Shown piece by piece: positions 13,230-26,163 of a stretch of DNA of 64,000 bases. The stretch's first letter is position 1. The number at the start of each line of letters is the position of its first letter. Position numbers and translations under genes: made by a program. Under the pieces are notes generated by a model. That model saw only the letters and a program-made list of their open reading frames with translations, was not told where the DNA came from and did not search any database. The stretch is from Octopus vulgaris (Eukaryota): positions 44,206,001 through 44,270,000 of the forward strand of contig OX597821.1 in assembly GCA_951406725.2 (NCBI GenBank), written 5' to 3'.

Positions 13230-13890
13230 TGTATGCAATACTATGATTTATACCCAGATCGGAATGTAATACTGTAATGCATATCCTATATCCTGGTGTG
13301 TAAAAAGAACTACAGTATATAATATTCGAATGTAAATGTAATAATGAGATGTGTACACAAGTTTTTAAACAATGATATGATGTATACACAGGAATATATT
13401 GTAATACTAAGATTTTACTAAGTATTTATTCAGGTGGATATTGGAATACTAAGATGTCTATCATGGTATGAATGCAATACTATGATGTACACCCAGGTGC
13501 ATAAGCAGTAATCCAGCATATACTCTGATGTGTATACCCAAGTGTATATTGCAATACTAAGATGGACACCCTGTTGTGTGAGCAGTATTCTACTGTATAC
13601 TCTATTACGTATGCATTTTACCAGTGCATTACCCACGTGAATATGTAGTACACTATACAAACAAGTGTGCATGCACTGCTCCACTGTATACCCAGGTGTA
13701 TAAGCAGTACTCAAATGTATACCCAAATGCATAAACCATATCGCTAGAGTATAACCAATATATACCCAGCTGCACATGCAGTACTCCGTTATATACCCAA
13801 GTGTGTATATAGTATTCCAGTGTTTACCCAGATGTGAAAACTGTAGCTCCAGTGTATACCCAGGCGTGCATACAGTAGCTCCAGAGTATG
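13230..13890. repeat. Degenerate minisatellite built on tgtatacccaggtgtata...cagtact
   Basis: More than ten recognisable (g/t)atacccag/atacccaa cores at irregular ~40-50-bp spacing. Confidence 0.7.
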
Positions 13891-14089
13891 GTTGAGTTGT
13901 ACAAAGTATAGATAGATAGAAGCAGCAGTAGCTCTAATTTTAAACAAAGTTGTGTAACAACAAAGCAAAAATGGCTAAATGCATTATTTCCTGAGATGTC
14001 TGCTGTAAAATTACTGCCATCTTTGTGTAATCTCATTATTGTTACTTTAGGAAACAGATATGGAACAGCTGTAACTGTTGTTGCTTATG

Positions 14090-14719
14090 ATGATGGTGGT
14101 GGTGGTGGTGGTGGTGGTGGTGGTGGTAGTGGTGGTGGTGGTGGTAGTGGTGGTAGTTATGGTGGTGATGATGGTGGTGGCGGTGGTGGTAATGGTGATA
14201 GTGATAGCGGTGATGGTGGAGGTGATAGTGATAGCAGTGGTGGTGGTGGAGGGTGCCTTGATGGCGGTGGTGTTGGTGGTGGTGGTGGTGGTGATTGTAG
14301 TGATGATGTAGTAGTGGTGATAGTGGTGGTGGTGATAGTAGTGATGGTGGTGATGATGATTATGGTGGTGGTGGTGATGGTGATAGTGGTAGTGACGATG
14401 ATGATGATAATGATGTAGTTGCAAGTGACAATGTTACTTCTATTGTTGTTGTTGTTGTTGTTGATATAGTTATAATTGTTGCTGTAGTTGTTGCAGCTGC
14501 TGCTGCATCTGTTGTTGTTGTAGTTGCAGTTACTGCTGCTGCCACTGCTGCTGCTGCTGCCACTGCTGCTGCTGCTGCTTCCAGTAATATATTGCCACTG
14601 TGGTGGTTGTTGTTGTTGTTGTTGCTACTGTTGCTGCTTCACTTGTTGTTGTTGCTGTTGCAGCTGTTGCTGCTGCTGCAACAATCGTACGTTTCCTCTG
14701 TTGTTATTGTTGTAGTGGC

Positions 14720-14756
<37 letters not shown>

Positions 14757-15149
14757 GCTGCTGGTGTATGTTGCCACTGCTAAAAATAATATCGTAGCTT
14801 GGTGAATTGAAATAATTAAAAAAAAAAAAAGAAAATTAGAAATAAGATAGAAAAAAAATTCCATTTTGCAGGAAGAACAGAATTTGGAGAAGAAAACATT
14901 GGAGAAAAAATTCAAAGAAAATCAAGGAAAGACAATAATAGAGATGTGAAGTGAAATAAAAATATAGATATAGAGGAAAATAAGAAGAAAGAAGAAGAAA
15001 AAGAAGATTAACATTATAACTTGAAGAGATGGTGGTGATGATGATGATGATGATGACGTCAGCAGCAATGTTGGTGGTGGTGATGATAATAATAGGAGTG
15101 AATGATGATGATGATTGAGATGGTGGTGGTGGTAACAGTGGCAGTAATG

Positions 15150-15181
<32 letters not shown>

Positions 15182-16300
15182 GATGATGATGGTAGACAAA
15201 AGACAGAAGCCATCCCTAACACCAACACCATAACCACTACAGTTACTATTACCACCACTATCTCCATTGCCACCATCACCACCACCACCACCACCACCAC
15301 TATCACCAAAACTACCACCAGCACCACCACTACTACTATCACCACCAACACTACCACCGAAACTACCATCACCACCGCCATTTCCACTATAACTACTACC
15401 ACTACTACCACCCCTGACTATTAACTACCCAACACCAAATACTGCCACCACCGCCGCATACCCTTCTAACCATTCTAAACATCCAACATGAAACTAAAAA
15501 TCTCCACTGTCACAATACTACCACCCTGCACTATGCACCATAGCATGTGCTATAACCACCACACAACTACTACCTCACAACACTCAATCAACATTCATAT
15601 AATGCCACCAACAACACACTCATCACTGCAACCACCACACCATCTCCACTACTACCACTGAACACTACACAACAGTACCACTACAACAACTCCACTACAA
15701 ATACTACTGGCGCACACCAATAAAACACCATCACCACCAACATCTCACCATCACCAACTCCACCATTATTACTACACCTACACTACCACCACCACAATAG
15801 TACACCATTGCCACTTGTACGGCACCACCAACACCATCCCTGTCACCACCACTGCCATCACCACCATCATCTACACTACCATCACCACCATTTCCACCAC
15901 CACTAATACCACCATCACTAGTCCATCACCACCATCATCACCTCACCACCACCATCACTACCACCACAACCACCACCATCACCACCTCACCACCACCATC
16001 ACTACCACCACAACCACCACCATCACCACCCCACCATCACCCCACCACCACCATCACTACCACCACAACCACCACCATCACCACCCCACCACCACCATCA
16101 CTACCACCACAACCACCACCGCCATCATCACCACCATCACCATCATCATCTACCACCACCACTAAAACCACTACCACCATCACCATCACCATCACCATCT
16201 ACCACCACCACTACCACCATCACCACCGCTAAAACCACTACCACCATCGCCATCATCACCACCATCATAACCATCACCACCATCTATCGCTGCTACCAAG
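14090..16300. repeat. Large compound trinucleotide low-complexity block, (GGT/GAT/GTT/GCT)n then (ACC/ATC/ACT)n
   Basis: Directly visible; strand composition flips near 15200; includes ~4 copies of a 42-45-bp unit at 15930-16130. Confidence 0.95.
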
Positions 16301-16889
16301 TAACCAAACGTTACTCATTTAAGATGAAAGGGTTGCAGCAAGATTAAATGGCATCGAGTAGAATTACCTTACAGGAAACATCCCCCCTGTTTGTTAACTC
16401 GCTGGAGGGGGAGGATCGCTTTGTCTTTTTTTAAAGGGCTTATTATGGTTGTTTTTAAATTCTGGCTTGCTTTGTTGGCGTGTGTTGTATGGGGGTTTTG
16501 TGGGAGGTTTTGTTACAGCTGTTAGGACCAGCCATGACGGAAGGGAGTAAGCGAATACTTAGGAGAAGGAGAAGAAGGAGAAGAAGGAGAGCTGGTGCGT
16601 TACAAGATGGAGAGAGTGAGATGACTGGGGGCTGGAGGTGGGAGGTAGAGGAGAGTGTGGCTGTGGAAGGAAGCAGGTTATTATATAATATAAAGATATA
16701 AAGTTTGAGATGGATCAAAGTAGTGAACTGTATGTGACATGTGTAAGTGATTCATTCACGGTATTGATGATGGAGGTTGATAATAAAAGAAGAAATAAAT
16801 AAATGTGTGTGTTTGTGTATGCTCACACACACACACACAGAGGTGGGGAGACAGGCAAGGAATAAAAGAATGCGTGTGTGTGTGTATAT

Positions 16890-16934
<45 letters not shown>

Positions 16935-17019
16935 CAATATCTGTCTATCTAACTATCAATCTATATATATATTTTTTCTTCTCATCCTTCTCTGCCTCAT
17001 GCACTTTGTTCTCTTTAAG

Positions 17020-17033
17020 AACAACTACTACCG

Positions 17034-17064
<31 letters not shown>

Positions 17065-17095
17065 CACTACCACCACCACCACCACCACCACCACC

Positions 17096-17155
<60 letters not shown>

Positions 17156-17290
17156 GTTATACTCTTATTATTGCTGTCATTGTTATTATTATTGTTTGAT
17201 GTTATCATAATTGTATTAGTAGTAGTAGTAACAGTAGTAGTAGTAGTAGTAATAGTAGTAGTTGTTGTTGTGGTTATTATTATTATTAGC
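17020..17290. repeat. (CTA)(CCA)(CTA)...(TAG)n microsatellite
   Basis: Directly visible. Confidence 0.95.
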
Positions 17291-17399
17291 AGCAGTTTTC
17301 TATATTTTGCATGTTCCCATGCACAATCAAGTGCAGCTTTTGTGTGCCTTAGGTTATATGAAGTGGCTTTTAAAAAATTTATTTCAGTTTATTGAAATT

Positions 17400-18864
17400 A
17401 TACCTTCTATAGTTTGTTGTTCTCAGCTATGACAGTTTTCTTCTCTAGATATCTACTATTGTCTTCTAAAGACATCATACTTTTCATCTACACACATTTA
17501 CTGTAGTCTTTTATAGACATCCACTATAGGTCTCTATGTGCACTTAGAATAGATTTCCTTACACAGCTACTATAACTTTCTCTCTATATATATATAGTTT
17601 CTATAGCCTTTTTCTATAGAAATTTACTATTATCATCTAAATATATGTAACATGTATACCATATCTAATAGTGCTGCAGTGTTTAAATTATTATATGTAA
17701 TATAAGTGTTAAAGTCTTATAGTACTGTGTTGTGTGTGTATAGAGTCAAATAGAGACAGGTGTGGTACTGAAAATATATGTAAAATGCATATAATGTCTA
17801 ATAGAACTGTGGTACTGAAATTATATAATAATATGGTGTTTAATAGTATTGTGGTATTGAAATTTTTTATATATAATATATGTATGATGTTCAATAGTAC
17901 TGTGGCATTGACATTACTGTATGCAATATATATTTGGTGTCTAAAGACATCTACTATAAACTTTTGCATCCATCTATTATAGTCTTCAAAATAGATCTAC
18001 TATAGACTTCTACACCATTTACATGTATTCATATACTTCAGTTCTACATAGTTCTACTATAAACTTTTTAACACAACAGTTACATTTTTTCCATACATAT
18101 CTACAATAGTTCTCTTATGCACTCATCTATGATGGTCTTTTATACCTATTCACTATAGCACTCCTCAATAGCTATCTATTGTAATCTTCTATACACATCT
18201 CCTATTTAGATATACCATCTATACACATCTCTTACTTAGATGTACTATATGTATATATTATATCTATACATGTCTCTTATTTAGATATACTAATACTTAC
18301 TATATAGATATACTATTGTCTATGCATTTCTACTACTATTCTTCTACTATAATGTAATTCTATGGATATCCTCTATAGTTTTCTCCATAGAAATATACTA
18401 TGCATTTTCCAATAGGCATCTTCTCTCACCTCCTTTTAAACACTTGTACTATAGTTTCCTATAGTACTTGTACTATAGTGTTCATCAACTATGAGCCTTC
18501 TGTTACAGTTCCTTTCTCTACACATCTGCTATAATCTTCTGTTTTATTTTCTTCATTTGTCTTCTGTACACACTTAATACAGTCTTTTCTTTGACACATG
18601 AACTATTATTTTCTATTCATATCTACCATAAATTTTATAGTATTCTATATATATGTCTATTCTAGTTTTCTACTATACACATTTACTGTAGTTTACAGCC
18701 TCTATTATATATCATACTATTTTATATGGCTTCTAATGTTTTCAGTGTATATTTGCTAAATTCCTCTGCTATAGACATCGACTATAAATTTCTTATATAG
18801 ATGTCTACTGTAGACTTTTATAGACTTTGTATACAACTGCTATCATTTATTCAATACCCATCTA

Positions 18865-18870
<6 letters not shown>
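17400..18870 (+). repeat. Highly decayed satellite-like array, motif catctactatagtcttctata (segment 1)
   Basis: Recurrent atctacta(t)/ctatag/tcttctata cores, e.g. near 17451, 17946, 17994, 18099, 18860. Confidence 0.6.
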
Positions 18871-18897
<27 letters not shown>

Positions 18898-18914
18898 TGT
18901 ATGTGTATTATCTT

Positions 18915-19135
18915 CTATTTGCTTCACTCATTAAGCTGTGGCAATGCAGGGCACCATCTTGGAGAACTTTTTTTAGTTGAATGAATCAACTCCAGTACTT
19001 TGCCTTTATTTTTAAACCCGATATGTATTCTATCAATCTCTTTTACCAAACTGCTAAGTTACGAGGATGTAAACATACAAACACTGGTTGTCAAGTGGTG
19101 GTGGAAAACAAACACAGACATGAAGACACACACGC
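18915..19135 (-). mobile_element. SINE family B, 3' part
   Basis: ttttaccaaactgctaagttacgaggatgtaaacatacaa...ggttgtcaag. Confidence 0.8.
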
Positions 19136-19265
19136 ATCAATATATACAATTATATATACATACATATATATATATATACATATATATATAATATATAATA
19201 TATAAGTATATGCATATATACATACATATATGTACATACCTACATATATATGTATATATACATGC

Positions 19266-19906
19266 ATATATGGGTACAGGACATCAAAAAAACGTGAACA
19301 AAAAGAGAAATAAGAACATAACAAAACAATTAAAAGGAGCTTTTTTTTGAACAACGAAAGAAACAAAGAGAGAAACAAGACATGCAACATAAAGAACATT
19401 CCCTTCATCAGTTGTCCCCTGTTTTATCTACTCCGTGTTTTGGAGGTAGGGACAAGACGTGACTTTGTTAAAGCAGTCTTTCCCACAAAGCAAATTAAAT
19501 AAAATTTGGGATATTTTGCAGAGGGTTAAAGTGGTAACAAAAACAGGACAGTGAGAACGAAACAGTAAAAACAAATGGTGAGGACTGTTAAGCCAAGACA
19601 ATGTGAAGTGGTGAACGCTGGAAAAACGAGCTTTGAGAAGAGACAGGTAAAAGCACGTCTTGTCTTTAGAAAGGAAGTGGAAGAAAGAAAGATGGATAGC
19701 CATTGGGCACATGTGGGCAACGAGTCAAGGAGGAGTGAGGGAACAGTGAAGAGGAAAGGTGAAGAATAGGGAAAGGGTGGGATAGAAAGCACAAAGGAAG
19801 AAGAACAAGAGACGGGGATAAATCAAAAGAATAGAGATAGAATAAGAATGTGCATCGTAATTATTAAGATAAAACTTCCTTGGAAATAGATGCGTGGCGT
19901 TCGATC

Positions 19907-19908
<2 letters not shown>
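19266..19908. mobile_element. Unclassified interspersed repeat between (TA)n tracts, possibly Penelope-related
   Basis: Purine-rich complex sequence bounded by TA microsatellites; contains cccttcatcag (CTGATGAAGGG on minus). No coding motif recognised. Confidence 0.35.
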
Positions 19909-19973
<65 letters not shown>

Positions 19974-19988
19974 TATATGCATATATAC

Positions 19989-20020
<32 letters not shown>

Positions 20021-20026
<6 letters not shown>

Positions 20027-20225
20027 GGCAGGGACTTTAATCACCTGAAAATGTCAGGTGAGAAATTCCCTATACTGATCTGTCACTTTTGGCTAATTAC
20101 ATAGCTTCATCAGTAGGGACCACTTGATTTGGTGATTCCGGGCTTAATTCTCCATCAGTACATATATATTCACCATAAAAATCTATGGAGGATTTAGCAA
20201 ATCACTAATGTGTATACAATAAATT
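20021..20225 (-). mobile_element. Penelope-like terminal module with hammerhead-like motifs
   Basis: Two CTGATG(A/G) cores on the minus strand, an 8-bp hairpin tcacctga/tcaggtga at 20041-20061, and a 3' end abutting (TA)n. Confidence 0.5.
20067..20119 (-). ncRNA. Decayed type I hammerhead ribozyme-like motif
   Basis: Minus strand: tcccta CTGATGA a gcta tgtaat tagc c AAAA gtga caga tcag TA taggga. Stem I 6 bp, stem II 4 bp, stem III 3 bp plus A-U, GUA cleavage triplet; G12 mutated to A. Confidence 0.6.
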
Positions 20226-20479
20226 AATATAGACAACTGCATGCAATGTGTTACCAAAAATGAAAACTGTAATTGTCAATAAATATGACCGGCATTTTCT
20301 CAACAGGCATTTTTGGGTGATTACAGTCTCTGTCAATACATATGCAAACAATTAGGTGCTCTAACTACAGCATTAGAGTTTTTCAGCTCTTATTTCTAGC
20401 AATATAGGTGTTTTAACTCCCTAGTCAAATTTAGTAACAATTTCAGTTTTCCTTTTTGGTAACGGATTGCTCACAGCTG

Positions 20480-20715
20480 TATGAGTGATAATTGTAAATG
20501 AACAACACTGTCATGCAAGCAGTATTGTTCCTTTCTGGTCCTTTGTGAAAATATGTCTAGCTGTGTGGAAATATTGCCTTACTTGAAAACAGATGAGGGT
20601 TAGTGACAAGAAGGGCAGCTGGCTATAGAAAATCTGCCTCAGTGAATTTCGTCTGACCCATGCCAACATGGAAAAGTGGATGTTAAATATTGATGATGAT
20701 AATGAAGATGATGAT
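20480..20715 (+). mobile_element. Short RTE-tailed retroposon
   Basis: gagggttagtgacaagaagggcagc...gacccatgccaacatggaaaagtggatgttaaatattgatgatgat; a relative lies on minus at ~47440-47590. Confidence 0.7.
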
Positions 20716-20793
20716 ACACATACAGATATTTACTATTGACATTCTGCTATGCACATTTGGTATAGATTCACACTATTCTCAGTCCTCTATATA

Positions 20794-21009
20794 CAAGGAG
20801 GTACTGAAAAGTTCTTAGCGTTAAGAGAATCGCGAAAAGTCTGGTTGGAGGCCCAACCCTCTGAGTCCTTTTACAGGGCTTAGAAAAACTGAAGGACCAC
20901 TGCAATAAGTGTATGAAATTCAGTGGAGAATATATGTTGAATAAAATCATAATTAACTGATCCTCCTGTATTTTCTTTTACCCAAAGCCAGGAACTTTTC
21001 AGCCCCCAC
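20794..21009 (+). mobile_element. Mariner-derived MITE, copy 1
   Basis: TIR-like ends ggtactgaaaagttct / aggaacttttcagccccc, TA flanks, internal QGLEKLKDHCNKCMKFSGEY resembling a mariner transposase C-terminus. Confidence 0.8.
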
Positions 21010-21025
21010 TACCTTGTATATACAT

Positions 21026-21258
21026 ATTTCTTTATTACCCACAAGGGGCTAAACACTGAGGGGACAAACAAGGACAGACAAACGGATTAAGTCCATTATA
21101 TCGACCCCAGTGCGTAATTGGTACTTAATTTATCGACCCCGAAAGGATGAAAGGCAAAGTCGACCTCGGCAGAATTTGGACTCAGAACGTAACGGCAGAC
21201 GAAATACAGCTACGCATTTCGCCCGGCGTGCTAACGATTCTGCCAGCTCACCGCCTTT
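21026..21258 (-). mobile_element. Young SINE family A copy, long-tail subtype
   Basis: Near-identical to the copies at 35337 and 53581; flanked by a 14-bp repeat accttgtatataca (21011-21024 and 21266-21279). Confidence 0.92.
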
Positions 21259-22061
21259 GTATATACCTTGTATATACAACAACTAGCTTTACTGAGTCAC
21301 TTGTTTTAAAATAAAATAGATGTTGATAGTGTGCCAAGAATTTGAACTCAGACCCACAGATTTGATTGCATTATATTCAATATTCCTTGACAACTGCACC
21401 AACACTAACTAACATCAGCTAATTTGCTAGTGTAGCGATGGCAAACTGCAGTGACATTTCTTTGTAGCAACACTCCTTTAAAAAATTTTGCAACAAAAGT
21501 TTTTTTGCTTTCAATGGAAAAAACAGTCTGCTGCTAAACTGCTAGATTCCACTATAGTGACAGCTAACTGCAAACCATGGAGAATTCTGTGATGCAATTG
21601 GTTGCATGATTAACATTCAAACCATTACTGTCCTAAATTGAACCTTCCTTATTACTAACACAATGGAATTTCTAATTATTCAAGAAACGATCCAATAACG
21701 GGTTTTGCTGTGCATAAATTTTTTATGTTATGATAAAAAATACAGCATGCACTGCCTCTCAGTGTCCTCCATGAAAAAGTGGTAGCGCTTACGGCACTGG
21801 GTCTCACCTTGATAGTACACACCCATTCATTTTATATTGGAATTTGATAATTTGCTGATTGATAGCATTTTTACCAACACCTACAGAGGATTGGTATGAA
21901 GAACAATTATACAGAATAATTAAGCAGCATAATTTACTGGCCATGATACAGCAGCTTAACTACCACTTGTTTTGAGCTATACTGCTCTCTTGCAGCAGCT
22001 TTTATACACATGTACTATAATCTCCTTCTACATACATCTATAGTCTACAATCAGTATATAA

Positions 22062-22153
<92 letters not shown>

Positions 22154-22171
22154 TATACATATATATATATT

Positions 22172-22455
22172 AAAAATAGGGAGGGCCGGTTTATGGGATT
22201 ACCTTAGATTTCCTGTGGCTTATCGTCAGATCCCAAAACCTGTTGGGCCATGACCTATTCAAAATATTGTACATACTTATGGAAGCCACAGGTCTCTCAT
22301 AAATATGGAAAGATTTGAATCGGCTACTCCACAGAAAGATGTTTTCAAGAGGTCATGGGCCAACAGGTTTTGGGATCTGATGATACACCATAAAGCTAAA
22401 CCCTTTATGGACAGGAAGCCTAAGGTAATCCCATAAACCAGTCTTCCTCATTTTT
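22172..22455. mobile_element. MITE with nested long inverted repeats
   Basis: Outer arms ~45 bp (22172-22216 / 22411-22455); inner arms 35 bp, 33/35 identical (22222-22256 / 22350-22384); 8-bp hairpin at 22388-22410; between (TA)n and (TG)n. Confidence 0.85.
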
Positions 22456-22515
22456 GATACATTTTGAGTGTGCTTATCCTTTCAGATTTATGTTTTCTAC
22501 AAATGATGTGTGTGT

Positions 22516-22597
<82 letters not shown>

Positions 22598-22609
22598 TCT
22601 ATGCTATCT

Positions 22610-23880
22610 ACATTTATCATAAACTTCTATACACTACTACTGTCTTTGTCTTAAAATTCTACTAGAGATTTCTATAGACCTACAAAAATTTCTTCTATAC
22701 ACTCCTATAGTTTTCTTCTATGCTCATCTACTATGGTTTCCTATAGATTCCACTCTTTTCTTCTGTAGACATTTACAATATTTTTCTATTATACACATCA
22801 CCTACAGTCTTCTGTATCTTTCTAACTATATCTGCTGAAGTCTTCTACACACATACTACAATTTCCTATGGGAATCTACTATAGTGATCCTACTTATAAG
22901 TCTGTATTAGTCATTGACATCTCATATTCTTTGGACTATGACTATGCTGGAGCACTGCCTTTAGTTGAACAAATCGATACCAGGACTTATTCATTGTAAG
23001 CCTAGTACTTATTCTATTGGTCACTTTTGCCAAACTTCTAGGTTACGGGGACGTAAACACACCATTCATTTTCTACACTCATCTCTTATAGTCTTCTATA
23101 ATCTCTTACAGTTTCTTAATATACATTTACAATATTTTTCTATAGACATCTATCATCATCTTCTACAGACACACACTTTAGTTATCTCAAAATATGTAGT
23201 TTTCTAGTCATTTAATGTGGTTTTCTATAAACATCTATTTTAATCTTCTTCTCTGAACATATCCTTTATTATTCTATATACATCTACAATATTCCATTTC
23301 CATATACAGCTAGTATACTTCAATAATATACACATCTACTATAGTCCTCTGCTACACACATTTACTACATTCACAATGGTCATTTATGTACACCTACTGT
23401 AATCCTCTCCTATATAAACCTAATATAATCTACTTTTATAGATACTACAATATAACTCTGTAAGCATCAACTACACTCTTCTCTATATATCAATAGATTA
23501 TTCTTTTATACTCATATAAAGGCATTACATAACTACTATACATTTCTATAGACATATCCACTTTTACTACTGACATCTATTACTGTTTTCAATAAAAAAC
23601 AACTACTTTGTTGTGTTATACACAGATACTATACACTTTTATGCATCCCTTTTGAAGTCTTACTCAATTCACATCTAGTATAATCATTTTTGCTTCAATT
23701 TTCTATAATATTTTTGTATGTACTCTAGCCTACTGCAGTATTCTATACACACCTCCAGTCTTCTTTTAACATCTTCTGTAGTCTTCTCTCCACATTTTCT
23801 GCACACATTAACTTTAAATTTTCGATAAATATATATTATAGCCTTGTAAACACATCTAACATCATCCCTATATGCTTCAG
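22610..23880 (+). repeat. Decayed catctactatag satellite-like array (segment 2), interrupted by a SINE B piece at ~22930-23065
   Basis: catctactatgg near 22724 and cacatctactatagtcc near 23331, plus many partial cores. Confidence 0.6.
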
Positions 23881-23949
23881 CTCCAGTTTCCACTATACAC
23901 CTTTGTTCATTTTCTCCCATGTGTGTGTGTGTGTGTAATGATGTATGTA

Positions 23950-26163
23950 TATGTCATCATCATTTAATGTTTGTTTTCCATGCTAGAATGGGTTGAATGG
24001 CTTGATAGGTGCAGACAAGGCCAGAGGCCACTGCAGGTTGCATAGTCTATTTCTATGGCTTGATGCCCTTCTGGATTGGTTTGTACAGCTTGATACCCAT
24101 CCTAACACTAACCACTCTACTGAATGTACTGGGTGCTTTTACATGGCACCATCGCTAGTGCATTTTATATGGAACCAGTACCAGTGCTTTTTATGTGGAA
24201 CTTTGGTTTTAGAATATCAGTTCTGTTGTAATGTGTGGGCCTTCTTGAATACAGAAGTGCACCATATATCTCAGTCTTTGGTCTTCTCCTTTGTAAGGCT
24301 CAGCATTTCGAGATTGGCCTTCAGTACTTTGTTCCATGTCTTTCTGGGTCTCCCTCTTACTCAGCTTCCACCCACATTAAGCAATTGGCACTTCTTTATG
24401 CAACTGTCCTCATCCATATGCACCACATCACCAAACCAATGCAGTCTTTTCTCTTGCACACTGCATCTAATTCCTCCTATGCTTAAATTTTCTATCAATA
24501 CACTAGTGCTAGGTTGCACATGTACACTGACATTGCACATCCAGTGGAGCATACCAGCTTTGTTTTTCTCTAGTCTTTGCATGTCCTGTGCATTCAGGTC
24601 CCCCACTAATATGTAGCATTGCAGTTCACATGCATGCATTATACAATTTTCCTTTCACTCTGAGAGAGAGATTGCCAACAGAGGTAAAAACTCTCTGAAT
24701 TTTCTCTATCCTATTCTTATTCTAACAACTACACTTTCGGTACATCCTCCTCCTCTGCTAATTAGGTCATCTAGGTAGCAAAAATGATCTACTACTTCCA
24801 GAGATCCCTCAGAACATTTGAGGAAATTAGTTTCCCATGTATCTGTAGTGTTTATGGCTTCTGTATATCTCCCACATACAAACACTACTTTCTCTGTTAA
24901 CCATCCTATTATTACACTGCACAACTTGTGCATCCATAGCTTGCATTGGGTACATCAATTGGAAATTCTGCCTACCCACGTCTTACATATTGAGTAGAAC
25001 CATTTAACTGATGCACGTTGGGTTCTTTTTGATTTCTTGCTTACTAAGACCTTGGTCTTTGCTAAGTTAACTTTAAGATCGTTTGTTTTCAGGTTTTGTT
25101 TCCATGCCTGGTATTTCTTTTCTGATTCTGTTACTGATTTGGCTATGAGGACAACATCCTCTGCATGTAGTAGTTTTTATGGAACTTCCAGTCTTACATT
25201 CTTGTTTTATGGCCTGGATGATGATGATGAATAAGAGGAGGCTGAGAACCAAACCTGAGTGAACATCTACACCTGTACACTAAATTCATCACAGTATTCA
25301 TGATTAACTATAACCTTACTAACAGCACCCTTATACATGGCCTGAACTGCTTTCACAAGCCATCCATCTGCCCCTAGCCTCCTCAGAGATCACCATATCA
25401 CAGGATGAGACACTCTCTTGAAAGCTTTCTCCAGATCAACAAATGCCAAGTATGACAGCTCTTTCTTAGCTAAATAGATCTCTTGCAGTTGCCTGACTCT
25501 GAAAATAATGTCTGTGGTGCTTCTCCCCAGGACAAAGTTAAACTGCATTTCATCTATAATCTAATTCTGTCCCTTATTAATTGGGCTATATTTCTCTCTG
25601 CAACTTGCATCACATGGTCCAGCAGTTTGATGCCTCTATTATAATTACTTCTATCTAAGGCATCTCCCTTGCTCTTGAAGCAGCCGACTATGATGCTGCT
25701 GCACTAGTCCCCTAGGAATTTTTTATTTATTTATTTATGCACCCTTTTCAAGCCTAGCCAGGTTCATGGGTCCAGTTTCCTGGTTTCTGTGGTGTATGCA
25801 TTCCCCCAGCTGGACGGGACGCCAGTCCATCGCAGCATTACTCAAGAAACAGGAAGAGAGAGTGAGAGTTGGGGCAAAAGAGTACAACAGGAGTCGCCAC
25901 CACCCCCTGTCTGAGCCTTGTGGAGCTTTGGGTGTTTTTGCTCAATAAACACACACAACGAAACCATGATCTTCCGACCGCGAGTCCACTGCCCTAACTA
26001 CTGGGCCATTGCACCTCCACCCTAGGAATTATGCCTTCCTGAATAACTTGATTAACTATATGGGTGACTAGACTGTATCCTACTTTACCAGATATTTAAA
26101 CATTTCAGCAGTGACTCTTGATGGCCCAGGAGCTTTCTTTGTCTTCATATCTTTAATTGCCTT
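23950..26163 (-). mobile_element. Decayed RTE-clade LINE, 5'-truncated: RT domain, C-terminus and 3' UTR
   Basis: Minus-strand peptides KAIKDMKTKKAPGPSRVTAEM, LAFVDLEKAF..RRLGADGWLVKAVQAMY, LEVVDHFCYL, RLEKNKAGMLHWMCNVS..QEKRLHWFG; tail ..catggaaaacaaacattaaatgatgatg at 23950; many stops and frameshifts. Confidence 0.92.
25737..26020 (-). mobile_element. SINE family C inserted into the RTE
   Basis: Reverse complement: ggaggtgcaatggcccagtagttagggcagtggactcgcggtcgg...gctgcgatggactggcgtcccgtccagctggggg...; head matches 44225. Confidence 0.85.

Noticed and set aside
19395-19460. CTGATGAAGGG on the minus strand as another hammerhead
   Set aside because: No correctly placed GAAA, stem II or cleavage triplet could be built from this copy.
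23993-24616. 207-aa plus-strand ORF (and 33314-33706 +)
   Set aside because: Antisense shadows of RTE sequence on the minus strand.
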